Notes: generated by a model from the letters alone, not told the origin. A DNA stretch of 64,000 nucleotides from Eledone cirrhosa (GCA_964016885.1 OZ024742.1:242916001-242980000); one strand, 5' to 3'. Shown: positions 12,850 through 29,587, numbered from the stretch's first letter. Made by a program: numbers and translations.

Positions 12850-14100
12850 TATGGAGAGAATGCTGGAAGAAGATTGATCTCCGAACAATTCTGCAATCTG
12901 GTCTGATATTTCGTAAAACGAGCCACAGAAGTGCTGTGAGCGTTAGCCACTTCCAGCCAACATTTCAGGGATAGCTTTCTCCCAACAAGTTTATGAGGGA
13001 GACTGGCTAGTCTTCTCGCAACATTTTCTCAGTTTTTCTTTACCTTGCGGTCAGATCTAGATGAGACTCGTGCACCTTAAATGGATACTCAGTTACTCAA
13101 TCCATCAACATTTCCTCTCAAGAAAGCGAATTGCAAGCTCAGCGACGTTTCCCCCAATTGATATGAGCTCGCATAACTCTACCAATATGGTGCAGACTGC
13201 TTTAATTTCCAGTGTCCGACATCATGACAAGGATGTCGTCTGCGTATTTAGGCACAACGCTTTTGTATCCCAGTTCAAGGGAGATACTCCTCAAAGTTTC
13301 CAGCCTTCACAATGGTGATTCTAAGGCACGAAATACAAGAGAATGCACCCTGGACACGACAGAGCGCGTGATACGAGACGGTTTCAAGAGGTGGTGGTTT
13401 CGTTTGACCACTGAACAAATATTGCTGTGTTGCTGTACGTTAAAGTAATCCAACCTAGCAGAACTACCAGAAAGTAATGGTCGACTCTGTCGTAAGCTTT
13501 TTGGCTAGTTCAAATTGGTCAGTGCTCCATTGTCGACCCGTTCAAGGCGTATCACATGTAATTTCGAAGATAAATTTACTGGTGATTGCACATGTTTAAC
13601 GTCTCAGACTACATTATCTCCAACAAGCGCTAAACTTTCGTTTGGTGCCTTTGCTAAAATATTCAACTCAGAGTTATGGGTTTGAGGTTTATATCACAAC
13701 TCCATTTTTAAAGTATTTCCTCTGCAGTGTCGCTATTAATCGGCTCCTAGTCTATCGACAGCTTCAGTAGATGGCTGCAAGACAGTACAGAACACATCAG
13801 GAATTTAGTAATAAAGTTTGTTGGGCAGACTATCTTTGTGTGTCCATCCTACGCCTCCCAGGACAGGTCGCAAGCCCATCGCCAGTTTTTACAGCATGAA
13901 ATAGAGACTGCAATATATTTTTCGAACAAACCCCTCTACCTAAGGCCTGAACGCGTCTTTTGTGAACCCGCGAGAAGGGCGATGCAATATGCTTCTTTTT
14001 CTTACCTCACACCATATTTCAATTTTTGTGGTTTTATTCGCACCAGTCACCAATCTGGTACTTTCTCAAACCAGCGAAGACTTGACTTTTTAGAAGCGGC
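12850..14100 (-). pseudogene. old, internally deleted Tx1-like LINE relic
   Basis: Minus-strand translation gives RLETLRSISLELGYKSVVPKYADDILVMMS (YADD at ~13235-13246) and GRKLSLKCWLEVANAHSTSV, which align with copy 3 (KLELLQGIPLEPG...AYADDVTVMVS; CKLSLKGRAEVANTYIASV). A GHTKIVCP gag-knuckle remnant lies near 13825-13850. Confidence 0.75.
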
Positions 14101-14386
14101 CTTTACTAGCTTCGACATACATTACTATATCTATTTCACTATATCTAGTCTGTCGCTCCTCTAAAGAAGTTCGACAAAATATTGCTAGAAAAACCACAAA
14201 CAACTAATTACAATCAGAGGCATCCGCCCAAGGACCCCTCCCCATTTGTTAATGGTCGGTAAAGCTGAAAAAGCTTTGGACTCTAATTCTTTACTTTTCT
14301 TTCATTTTCCTTCTCTCACTTTTTGCTTTCGACCGCGTCTCTCTCAATTCCCTTCCAGCAGCTTTCTAAACGCACTCACTTTTCAT

Positions 14387-14431
<45 letters not shown>

Positions 14432-14437
14432 TATAAT

Positions 14438-14642
14438 GGTTTCTTATATAGGCAATTGTTGTGGGGGGGGGGGGTCGATTTAATCGACGCCAGTGCGTGA
14501 CTGGTACTTTAATTTATCGACCCCGTAAGGATCAATGGCAAAGTAAACCTCGGCTAGATTTGAACTCAGATCGTAAAGGGCTGTAACTCTATGCTGCAAA
14601 GCTTGGCGTCCGACCCTCTACCGATACTGCCAATCCATCACC
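14438..14642 (-). mobile_element. tRNA-headed SINE
   Basis: Same family as 7545-8195. Confidence 0.85.
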
Positions 14643-14909
14643 TTTATATATATTCATATAATGAGAGTGGAAAAAACAACTCTTATTCTCATGGATGCGT
14701 TAAGGGAATCAATATTTCAATCTATTTCAATCTATTTCTTTTTAAGAAGATATGGTGATCTGCATATCGGGGCCACCTAAATTATTGATTTTCGATCCTC
14801 GACCGATTAATTCATCAATAGAAAAATTTGTAGAAATTAAAGATTAAATTTGATTATCAACCTTGGTTTCTCGTTTTATGTCATATATATATTCATATAT
14901 ATATATATT

Positions 14910-16700
<1,791 letters not shown>

Positions 16701-17460
16701 ATATAGAGAATTTAGTATATCTACTAACATATGCGTACAGATGTACGCTAATGCTAGCAAATACATAAGTTATGTCATAGTACCTAGGTGGTTCAATGCA
16801 GGAGGATGCAGAACAATAATATAAAAGACGTAAAATAAGAAAATTAAAAATAATTTTTTTTTAAATTATCTTACTAAAATTTTCACTCCAACTAATTAGT
16901 TTCTGCAATGGGATATAGACAGTTACGTAACATAACCGTCGAGAATTCATTGCGTCATCAGGGAGTCTATTCTCAGCTAAGTCTCCAGGCAATGCGCGGA
17001 CACTGGGGACTCATATAAAAATAATAATAATTCGGTAGATGGAATAGCTAGCGGGGACTGGATTCCATGCACTGAAAAGCTCGCTGTCTCTGGTCAAATG
17101 ACAGATTCTAAAGAATCAATCACGTGACGCTGAGGCTAGTCGGAAGGAGTGGGATGGTAAGATGACAGATAAATTAGTAGTGGTTTTGGCAGGTTTGCTC
17201 AACAAATAAATAATTTGGAGATAAATATAGAGAATTTAGTATATCTACTAACATATGCGTACAGATGTACGCTAATGCTAGCAGATACTAATTAGTTGGA
17301 GTGAAAATTTTAGTAAGTTAATTTTTTTAAAATTTTCTTATTTTACGTCTTTTATATTATTGTTCTGCATCCTCCTGCATTGAACCACCTAGGTACTATG
17401 ACATAACTTATGTATTTGCTAGCAGTAGCGTACATCTTTTTTCTTATTTTACGTCTTTTA
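16701..17460. mobile_element. PLE-like remnant with direct and inverted terminal segments, between (TA)n tracts
   Basis: 16701-16760 is repeated at 17225-17284; 16753-16900 is inverted at 17288-17425; contains a hammerhead. Confidence 0.7.
16885..16966 (-). ncRNA. type I hammerhead ribozyme with extended helix II
   Basis: ACTCC-CTGATGA-C-GCAATG..GACGGTTATG-TTA-CGTAACTGTC..CATTGC-A-GAAA-CTAATTAG-TT-GGAGT; palindromic helix III segment. Confidence 0.82.
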
Positions 17461-17472
17461 TATATATATGTA

Positions 17473-17693
<221 letters not shown>

Positions 17694-18305
17694 TGTTGGT
17701 GTAAATGGTTACACAGAGGTCCGGATAACCAAATATGTGGGTTCGACTGCCATTCACGTCAATACTCATCTTTTTCCATTTCTCCGAGGGTTCTTAACCC
17801 CACTATCAGTCAAAATACGGCGATAGCTTACATTTCTAATAATTTCAAACCCACTCGCTGTTTCGAAAATATTCTTACTTGATATATATATATATGTATA
17901 TCTATACATATATATATACATATATATATACATATATACACACACATATATATATATATACACATATATATATATGTATATATATATAAAAGATCAGAGG
18001 CCATATTCACTTGATACGTGTTTATTTAAAACTCCGTCATACATATTTTACTGAGGACTATCAATTATGACAGCCTGAGATCTTCATACATTGCAAGTTC
18101 CTAAGAAACCTTTAAAATTTGGAAAAATCTAATAATTTCCCCGAAAAAAGGTTTTCTGTTCATGACACAGGGGGCCGACCGAACGCATAGTGTTGTTTCT
18201 CCGTCTTGTACCATTTACACAGATCGTTGAGGGCTTCTTTTTATCTGCTTCACAACCGACAGACCATAATGTGATCCGCACTTCACTATTCTGTTAACCC
18301 CTTAC

Positions 18306-18340
<35 letters not shown>

Positions 18341-18414
18341 CACACACGCACACGCGCGCGCGCACAGACACACACAGACACACACACATATATATATAAA
18401 AATATATATATATA

Positions 18415-18905
18415 TACTCATTAGAAACAAAAGAAAGCCGAACTGGAGACTTTATTTAGAATTTTAATTCCTCGAAAACTCTATACATATTTCGATGGCC
18501 CAGCTTCATCATCCGATCATGATGCAAGCCTTAGGTCATTCCATCAGGTGTTAATTGCAGAAAGGGGATAGTTTACGTTAGAATAACACTGAATTGGCGG
18601 GCCATCCCCGAATCAAATCAGTCCTCTATTTTCTATGTTTTATTCTCTGTTTGTATTCGCCGCAATCTTGTTACATTATGGAACTAATTCCACAATCAAC
18701 ACCTGATGATATCGCTTCTTTCATCATGATCGGCTGATGAAGCTGGACCAACGAAATATGTATAGTGTTTTCGCGGAATTAAAATTCTAAAGAAAGTTTC
18801 CAGTTCGGCCTGCTGCTATTTTTAATGAATATTTAACTCCGTTCCTGCACCAGCCACGGGATACCACATCTACGATGGATGATTTGCATAGCGTCGTGTG
18901 CTTTA
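18415..18905. mobile_element. diverged inverted repeat (PLE-like) with hammerhead at 18698-18769 (+)
   Basis: Arms ~18415-18560 / 18690-18832; AACAC-CTGATGA-(long helix II)-GAAA-TATGTA-TA-GTGTT. Confidence 0.65.
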
Positions 18906-19141
18906 ATCTATTGGATCATCGTTTCTTAACACCGTAATCTCCAGTTTTACCCATTTGTAAACAACCCAGCATAAATGGAATACCACAACAGAAACACAAT
19001 CCGCCCATCTCAATTTTACTTTAGAAAAGCAGAAGAACTGTGAAACCGGTAAAGTAAATAGATAATTATTCTTAAAAGATTCCAGTTGCATTTTCAATTT
19101 CTTTTCCTTATGACACACACATATATATATATATATGCATG

Positions 19142-19265
<124 letters not shown>

Positions 19266-19683
19266 CACATATATATACATATATGTGTATATATATGTAT
19301 ACATATATACACACACATATATATATATATGTATATATATATATTTATATATATATATATATATATAAAGGGGGGAAACCTAATAGTACCACCGCTGATA
19401 TCACAGATGTGGGACGAAAGAACTTTGAAAGACTGTATACATATAGTTATATCTGTATTTTTAACCGTTGGTCAATCAATGATAAACATTGATTGCCAGA
19501 TAAATTAACTATGGAGATATAAAAGATACTGAAGCGAAATCCAACCCAAACCAAACAGTGAGTGTGTTCTGTTATTATTTTGCAACCTAAAGATTTTACG
19601 AACCATTACGTCCAAGTTTCACGTTTCTTTGGCTCCGAGACTTAGAAACGTGAAATTCGGAGTGAGAATTAGTGAAGCTCAAA

Positions 19684-20050
19684 TATGTATAGAAATTTCG
19701 TATTTCCAAAGAAATACGGTTTTAGGAAATTTCTATACATATTTGTATGAAGCTATGCTTGAAGCGAAATCTCACTTCTATTCTATTATAAAATGAGCCA
19801 ATTTATGCAGCTTCATATGCAAATGAGATTAATCACCTCATTTACACAGACGAGAAAATTATATATTCTCGACTGTTTACAAGTCCAGCAGATGCAAGCG
19901 GTGGGAGGGACCGACCTGATTAAGGCCAGTCAAGACTGAAATGCATAGACGGTTATCCCCCTTGCTTCTGCTGGTCACCACCAGGGGGCGTTAGCCCCGG
20001 TGTTTGCTAAAACCGCGTGTCTTTAAAAATACGAAATTTCTATACATATA
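19684..20050. mobile_element. small TIR-bounded non-autonomous element
   Basis: ATATGTATAGAAATTTCGTATTT ... AAATACGAAATTTCTATACATAT; related right end at ~32535-32627. Confidence 0.55.
19975..19993 (+). promoter_or_regulatory. CTCF-like motif
   Basis: TCACCACCAGGGGGCGTTA versus consensus TGGCCACCAGGGGGCGCTA (16/19). Confidence 0.45.
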
Positions 20051-20127
20051 TATATATATATATTTATATTTACATATATATGTATATATAATATGTATAT
20101 ATATGTATACATATATATGTACATATA

Positions 20128-20163
<36 letters not shown>

Positions 20164-20192
20164 GTATATATATGTATACATATATATGTACA

Positions 20193-20275
<83 letters not shown>

Positions 20276-20395
20276 GAGTCGGGGCCCGACGGCTGAGTTC
20301 ATGCTGTTTCAACAACTAATTCCAAACACACACTATACTCTCTATTACTCTTTTACCTGTCCTAGCCATCCGGCTGAGGCCATGCTGGGGCACTG

Positions 20396-20442
<47 letters not shown>

Positions 20443-20443
<1 letters not shown>

Positions 20444-20568
20444 GAGGTGTGTCAGAAAAGTTCCAGGAAAAGTTCCAGGAAAAGTTCCAGGAAAACTCTT
20501 ACTGTGAAGTTTGGGTTTGAAATAAATCTTTTGTGACATCAATCCTGGAACTTTTCTGACACACCTCG
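20443..20568. mobile_element. Tc1/mariner MITE (~126 bp) with TA TSD
   Basis: TA-CGAGGTGTGTCAGAAAAGTTCCAGGA ... TCCTGGAACTTTTCTGACACACCTCG-TA; internal 12-bp unit GAAAAGTTCCAG x3. Confidence 0.88.
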
Positions 20569-20903
20569 TAAACATAAATATATATACACACACATATATA
20601 TATACAATATATTAATAAATGGAAACTATATTTATAAAACCATATTTATTTCATTATACATATTTCAAGGACACCAAAGTAAATTATGGTGCACTTTCAT
20701 TAGATAAAATATAATATAGATCAGTTTTATAAACAAATATTGACATACCCTTAAAAGAATGCGACCATGTCTGTTGGAAGCTCCAAATATGTTGAGTGCT
20801 TTATATCAGTTATAAAAATATTTGCTCGTTGTATTCCAACAAATTAAATATAACTTCTACATATATATATATATATATATATATAGTTAAAAGAATAGAG
20901 GTG

Positions 20904-20961
<58 letters not shown>

Positions 20962-20965
<4 letters not shown>

Positions 20966-21101
20966 CGAAGGAAATGTGGTAAGAAACCAGGTGAACCATA
21001 ACGCACCAAAGTACTCAATACTTAGGGAAGTAGAGTGGGTAATAGGAACCAGTAAGACCTCGACGGCTGAGCTCAAGCCGTTTCGACGGCTAATTCTGGA
21101 C
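20962..21101 (-). mobile_element. short PLE-like 3' fragment (half-hammerhead family)
   Basis: Related copies at 20270-20350, 28312-28485, 29693-29887, 44947-45082, 49112-49312 and 58778-58916, all in (TA)n or (TA)n/(CA)n. Confidence 0.65.
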
Positions 21102-21124
21102 TATTGATATATATATATATATAT

Positions 21125-21600
21125 ACGATATTAAACAAATGGAAACTACATTTATAAAACCATATTTATTTCATTATATATATTTCAGGGATATCATATT
21201 AAAAATATGGTATGCCCTCTTCAGACAAAATACAATATATAAACAGTTTTATAAATAAATTTGACATACATTAAAAAATTTACAACTTCCATTTAAAAAG
21301 TTGTTATGGTAGCTACCATAACAACTTTTTAAATAACTTTTTAAATGGAAGTTGTAACATTTTTTAAGGTATGTCAAATTTACTTATAAAACTGTTTATA
21401 TATTGTATTTTGTCTGAAGAGGGCATACCATATTTTTAATGATATCCCTGAAATATATATAATGAAATAAATATGGTTTTATAAATGTAGTTTCCATTTG
21501 TTTAATATCGGAAAATACTCCAAAATCTGTTGAGTGCTTTTATATCAGTTATAAAATATTTACTCGTTGTAACCCAACAATTTTAAATAAAACTTTTGCA
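21125..21600. mobile_element. PLE pLTR palindrome + tail; hammerheads at 21168-21231 (-) and 21407-21468 (+)
   Basis: ATTTTGT-CTGAAGA-GGGCATACCA..TGATATCCCT-GAAA-TATATA-TA-ATGAAAT; arms 21125-21310 / 21330-21510; same family as 30055-31237; relatives at 20600-20860 and 50465-50640. Confidence 0.8.
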
Positions 21601-21714
21601 TATATATATGTATATATATAGACGCAGACACTCAGACATACAGATACACAGTCACACAGATACACACTCCCAAAACACACATACATACATAGATCCATAC
21701 ATATATACATATGT

Positions 21715-21827
<113 letters not shown>

Positions 21828-22224
21828 TGTGTGTGTGAAATACATATGTATATACATATGCAAAACTGAATGTTGTTTGTGTTATCAATTTCGTCATTTG
21901 AAATCCGCTTTATAAATGTATACTTCTAAATCTTTGTCTTCACCGACATACTTTAATGTTGCGTATTAGTCTGTCTTACCCCAGTGGAAAATAAAGAGAG
22001 ATCTTTAAATACAAACTATTTTTATTGCTGCTTTTGTTCAGTTATCTTTTGTTGTTCTGGTTGTTGATGTCACTGTTGTTTTTGCTGCTTAACGAGCCTT
22101 CCTCTTGTCGTTAATATCCAATTTAATATTGCACGCAAACAAATCTTGCACTCTGTAAACTCAAATAAATGCATGTATGCTGTCACTCAACAAAATATAA
22201 TCACAGCAGTTAGTACGCGGTAGT

Positions 22225-22525
22225 TTGTTTGTGTGTTTATTGTATGTATGTATGCATGTATGTATGTATGTAAGTATGTATGTATTTATATATGTGTGTA
22301 TGTATGCATGTATGTATGTATGCATGTATGTATTTATGTGTGTATGTATGTTTGTATGTATGTTTGTATGTATGTATGGTTGTATGGTTGTATTTATGTA
22401 TGTGTGTATGCATGTATGTATTTATGTTTGTATGTATTTATGTATGTATTTATGTATGTATGTTTGTATTTATGTATGTATGTATGTATGTATGTATGTA
22501 TGTATGTATGTATGTATGTATGTAT
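22225..22525. repeat. degenerate (ATGT)n
   Basis: Directly visible. Confidence 0.95.
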
Positions 22526-22939
22526 TTATTTATATATATTATATATATATTCATACATACACACAAATATATATGTCTGTGTGTACGCGTACATGTAGGA
22601 TATGTGTGTATGTGTGCGTGCGTGTGTGTGTAAGCATGTGTACATATGTCTGTATACTAGCATGTATACAAATGCATTTCTAGACCCTAATATTGTATAA
22701 TGGGTTCTTCTGAAAGAAATAAAATGTGAGAAAATGAGTGGAACATTGTTCTCAGTGTTTTCAGAAGTACACCAGTAATTCTTTTAACAATAGTTAGCGT
22801 CATCTTAGATTGATGGTGAACTTAGTAAGACTGTACTTACCAATAAATGACTTCAATGAATTTGGAAAGTGATCCTCTTTACTATATAAACGGATCAAAG
22901 AAATACGATTAAAGTTTTATCGGAAAATCAATCTAGATC

Positions 22940-24030
22940 TTGCAGGCCGATAAGCCATTTTTCTAGACCAGCTCTATAGGTCTTGCCGGTGGATAAACTA
23001 TTTTTTCTAGACCAGCTCTATATTGTATATTACAGGCAGATAAGCCATTTTTCTAGCTCAGCTCTATATATATTACAGGCCGATAAGCTATTTTTCTAGA
23101 CCAGCTCTCTATATATTACAGGCAGATAAGCTATTTTTCTAGACCAGCTCTATATTGTATATTACAGGCAGATAAGCTATTTTTCTAGATCAGCTCTATA
23201 TTGTATATTACAGGCCGATAAGCTATTTTTTCTAGACCAGCTCTATATTGTATATTACAGGCCGATAAGCTATTTTCCTAGATCAGCTCTATATATATTA
23301 CAGGCAGATAAGCTATTTTTCTAGACCAGCTCTATATTGTATATTACAGGCAGATAAGCCATTTTTCTAGATCAGCTCTATATAAATTACAGGCCGATAA
23401 GCTATTTTTCTAGACCAGCTCTCTATATATTACAGGCAGATAAGCTATTTTTCTAGACCAGCTCTATATTGTATATTACAGGCAGATAAGCCATTTTTCT
23501 AGATCAGCTCTATATAAATTACAGGCCGATAAGCTATTTTTCTAGACCAGCTCTATATATATTACAGGCAGATAAGCCATTTTTCTAGACCAGCTCTCTA
23601 TATATTACAGGCAGATAAGCTATTTTTCTAGACCAGCTCTCTATATATTACAGGCAGATAAGCTATTTTTCTAGATCAGCTCTATATTGTATATTACAGG
23701 CAGATAAGCTATTTTTCTAGATCAGCTCTATATATATTACAGGCCAATAATCTATTTTTCTAGACCAGCTCTATATATATTACAGGCAGATAAGCTATTT
23801 TTCTAGATCAGCTCTATATAAATTACAGGCCGATAAGCTATTTTTCTAGACCATCTCTATATATATTACAGGCAGATAAGCTATTTTTCTAGACCATCTA
23901 TATATATATTACAGGCAGATAAGCCATTTTTCTAGACCATCTGTATGTATATTACAGGCAGATAAACCATTTTTATAGACCAGTTCTATATATATTACAG
24001 GCCGATAAGCCATTTTACTAGACCAGCTCA
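22940..24030. repeat. 43/46-bp minisatellite TATTACAGGCAGATAAGCTATTTTTCTAGACCAGCTCTATA(TTG)TA, ~24 copies
   Basis: Tandem units in two length classes. Confidence 0.97.
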
Positions 24031-24389
24031 ATAGACCTTGCAATATCTATTCTGTTTTAGACTCATCACATATTACCACTGTGATCGTTTCTACCTTTCA
24101 GCTTTTCTACGTCGATAAAAGGAAGAACCAGTCAAAGTACTGAGGTGAGGTCAATTTAATTGACTGTACTCTCTTCAAAATTCAAAGACTAGTGCTTACG
24201 TTAGCAATCGGTATGGCCTGAGCACTATTAGCTCGATAGCTTGTGCTTAGTTCTTTACCTATCAGCATGGTGGACTAATTAAATAGGCATTTTTATACTT
24301 CCTCTATCAGTTTACTATTTTAATATTTCCATTTAATATTCTTGGTAAAGAAATACCGACTCAGCATGCTGCATCAAAATAGTTAGAGT

Positions 24390-24945
24390 GATGGAATTCC
24401 GTCGGTTTTGACGATTAATGTTTCAGTTGTTCGATCAGTGGAACAGCCTGTAAAATTAACGTGAAAGTGGCTAAGCATTCCATTGACACGTGTAATATTA
24501 ACGTAGTTCTCAGGAATGTTCAGCATAACACAGACTGTGACAAGGCTGCAGACTTGTCAACTCTTCCCCGTTCGACGGGGAGATCTCCCACCCACTTTAG
24601 GGTGGGTGAGAGATGTCTTCTCTTGTGAAAATTGGTATAGCTTTCATTATGTAAAATCCCCCCCATTTTGCCACATTTCTCCCCGTTTTAGGACATTTTT
24701 TTTTTAGTGGTACTCTCCGTTTGGGTTTTTAGAGGTTGGCAGGTCTGCGGCTGGGCCATAGAATTACAGCTGCAGTTCATCCAATGGGAGGGATTCCCGA
24801 ACAGTTTCCATTTACCCAATTTTACGTACAAGTCATGTGTGGTCTCGCCCTATGGTAAATGATACATGCCCAAGATGCCGTGCAGTGGGATCAAACCCGG
24901 GGTCTATTGATTGCAGAGCGAACCTCTTAACCATTCAGTCATACT
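24390..24945 (-). mobile_element. CORE-type SINE interrupted by another repeat (24555-24750)
   Basis: tRNA-like head near 24885-24940; the inserted repeat recurs inverted at 51370-51705. Confidence 0.55.
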
Positions 24946-25234
24946 AAGTCCACAATAAATTATGTACTAGTATCGTCAAGCATCAACAACTAGAATTAAA
25001 ATTAAATTCAAGGAGAGCTGAGCCAAGTTTTGATTTGTTAATTGAATATATTCCACTTCACCCACGCTATTTGTTAGCCATCGAGAAAGAAATAGATGTT
25101 ATAACTTATCACTTACATTCACTATATAGCTAATATTATGTGTGTAAGAATTACATTTTAGCGATTTAATTGGTTTTTTTTTGGCTATTATTCTAAACTA
25201 GGTTGGCTATTATTCTAAACATCTCTAAAAGAGT

Positions 25235-25445
25235 GATGGATTGGCAGCATCAGTAGAGCGTCGGATGACATGATTTGCGGCACATTGTTACGGCACTTTA
25301 CGTTCTGAGTTCAAATCCCGCCAAGGAGAGCTTTGCCTTTCATCCAACGGGTTGATAAAATAACGTACCAATAACGCACTGAGATCGATTTAACCGACTT
25401 TCCCCTCCTCCAAAATTGTTGGCCTTGTGTTTAAATCAGAAACCA
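25235..25445 (+). mobile_element. tRNA-headed SINE with TSD-like ATTATTCTAA(A/G)CTAGGTTG
   Basis: Family match; duplicated flank at ~25186 and ~25445. Confidence 0.8.
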
Positions 25446-25706
25446 TTATTCTAAGCTAGGTTGCATTTAAAGACCTGAACCAAACATATCTCTGACTATT
25501 TTGTTACAATTGTTGAGTCGATAATTCTTGATCAAGAGTGTTAAGTGCAGTTTTTACTCATTTACCCTTTCCTAATTTGCTTCCTTTGTACGTTAAGTCT
25601 GTCATAGATTCATATAAACTCTGCGCTATAACATAAAAACTTCAAATTTCGCTAGTTTAAAATTTCTCGTTCTACAGAAACCATAATTTTACAATACACA
25701 GTGTAT

Positions 25707-25831
<125 letters not shown>

Positions 25832-25911
25832 GAGTGCTCAAGCTACAGACCGATTATGCATATATGCTAGCTTGGCTGTATTCTAAAGCTTCGTCAATGC
25901 TGTACTAAAAG

Positions 25912-25955
<44 letters not shown>

Positions 25956-26546
25956 TTCAAGAGTAACCAATATTAAAGAGAGAGATGGAGATAGGAGAGG
26001 AGATAGGAGAGGAGAGATTGGTGAATTAGTTAGAAGCCAGAGCGTAAAGGCATATGCTCAATGTGAAATATGCAGTAGAAAGCACCTAGGTAGCTGGGTT
26101 CATGCAGAAGTTAGGCGCGCAGAGCTGGAAATATTCATTAGTTAAGCAAAACAAGACCACAAATTTCACAAGGAAGACATTATTAAAAGATTGTCAACAT
26201 ATTTTAGTTTGATGTAAGGAATGTAGAGAATAATAATAATAATATTAATAATAATAATGTCCGTTTACAATTGTTTCGCTACTCCATATATTATTTCTGG
26301 ATCAGATGACTATATATCATTATTGATCTGGTTCAGTTGAAAATAATTAACATATTTAAAAACAGAGCGTCTCATCGGAACTTCAAAGGAATATAAATTA
26401 AAATAAGGAGAGAATGTTACATAATGTAATGTTCCATATATTGGTATTTCACTATGGTGTCCTGGTTGTATCAGTTGTCAGCCATAATCAAGCAGTACTC
26501 ATCTGTCGAGGCTGCATTGTGTGAGATCTGCCTATGTGTAACAATA

Positions 26547-26631
<85 letters not shown>

Positions 26632-27716
26632 TAGATTAATAATTAAGCAAAGAATCGCTGCTTTCACCCTTAACGGGATCTTCTGAAACTAAAATAAATC
26701 AATCTGTGGACGCAGAAGTAAATATTTCGAAAAGCGTTACAGCCTCTTCGGATTTTAGTCTTCACATTCATTAATAGAGTTACGGCCCTTACCATTCTGA
26801 GTTGAAATCCCGCCGAGGTTAACTTTGCCTTTCATCCTTACGGGGTCGATAAAATGAAGTACCTGTAATGCACTGGGTAATTGCTGGCCTTGTGCCAAAA
26901 GTAGAAACAATTATTACTATATATATATATATGTGTGTGTGTATGTATGTGTGTGTGTGTGTGTGTGAAAAAGGTAAACAGAAATAACACATATCCATAT
27001 ACACATACATATATACATGCATTCATACATACATACATACATACATACATACATACATACATACATACATACATACATACATACATACATACATACATAC
27101 ATACATACACACATACACACGACTGTCCGTACTCTTCTGATACACTACTAAGTATTAATATTCCACAATTGTTTCTGTTTATGATTCATACATAATTAAT
27201 ACCCATTTACAGCTGATGTTCCTTCGGCTTTAAAAAAACAACATCTGTTCTTTTTTTCTATGTAGATAAGTCTATGTGATAATGATAGAGTTTCCTAGGA
27301 AGATTGCTGGATATGGTTATTCCTAACATATGCTGCAGACAGTCTTTCTTAATTCTTTAGAAAGATTATAGTTGATAAATCTTAAGAGATGAATGCATAT
27401 ACGGAAAGGATAAAAGAAAGAAAGGTAGATACATACGTATGAAGACTGAATTCTCCTATAATTACCAAACAATCTTTAGATATTTATATAGCTCAAATAA
27501 TTCAGATTCGTTCAGATGTACAAATATCACAATGTTGACTTTATAGATAGAAAGTGATTCAGTCATTCACATAAATATAAGTTTCCATAATGGCGTTCAC
27601 ATGGAACAAATTCAATTAGTTGATATGAGTTCTTGTGCTGTATACAGTCCAATTTTTAATATCTATTTAAATGTATACATAATTTCACAAGAACATATAT
27701 TAAGACACACATACAC

Positions 27717-27792
<76 letters not shown>

Positions 27793-27845
27793 GTGTGTGT
27801 GTGTGTGTTTATATACATACATACATATTTATCTATCTATCTCTC

Positions 27846-28155
<310 letters not shown>

Positions 28156-28179
28156 GATATATATATTTATATATATATA

Positions 28180-28301
<122 letters not shown>

Positions 28302-28521
28302 TATATATATGAAAAGATTCAGGCCCCCGACGGCTGAGCTCCCGCCGTTTCGACAGCTAGATCCGAACAGTTCGGATCTAGCTGTCGAGATCCTGAATCT
28401 GTTCAATATTACCCAGTCTACTACCCCAAGTATCGAGTACTCTGGTGGGTTATGGTCCACCTGGGTTTTTTACCACACCCTATCTTATATATATATGCAT
28501 ATATATATATACACACACACA

Positions 28522-28699
<178 letters not shown>

Positions 28700-29425
28700 A
28701 GCACGCGCACATGTGTGTGTTGTGTGTATATAAAATTGTGAATAGGTTCATATACGTACATTTAATTAACTTAGATTCAATGGAACTGAGTAAATAGACC
28801 CTAATAAGAAGACAATAACTAGTCGAAACTAGTCGAGCTGTTCTAATATTCGTTCTACGGAGAGAGTGAAAGAGTGAGTGAGGGGGAATGAGTGCGAGAG
28901 AGGAGGAGGGGAGCAGCAGGGTAATGACAGAGGCTATTTTTATAGCAAGGATGTATGTATGTTCAACAAACATTCTGATGCGAATTTATTTACAAATTAT
29001 ACACACACGTCGTTGCTTCAGTACTTCATATTTTTTTTTAAATTTCATAAGCAATGCCAGCGAATGTGCTGACATGCTAATGCTTTACCGTATGTTATTC
29101 ACATTATTGGTTCTTTAAGCTCTTTTTATAGGATGAACACGAGTAGAAACGTTTGATAAGACGGCAATGAAAAAATGCAGGTTTAGAACCTTGAAGATAC
29201 TCCCACACCTAAAACCCTGATGGGTAAATATCATAAACAATGCATCTTTGTATATCTCTTATCATTGCCAAATTTTCGTTTCCTTCTACAACCAATTCAT
29301 TACAGCTAATTCTACTCGATATTTATTAATACATAAATTGTTTTGATTATATATTTACGGTTATTTAACAACAGATATTTCCTGGTCGGTGGGGGCTCAA
29401 TACTGTTAGTTGAGCCACATTTATA

Positions 29426-29473
<48 letters not shown>

Positions 29474-29480
29474 TGTGTTT

Positions 29481-29547
<67 letters not shown>

Positions 29548-29554
29548 TGTGTTT

Positions 29555-29587
<33 letters not shown>

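Noticed and set aside
28795-28840. Hammerhead-like CTAATAA...GAC/GTC-GAAACTAGTC
   Set aside because: The catalytic G residues are mutated; at best an inactive relic.
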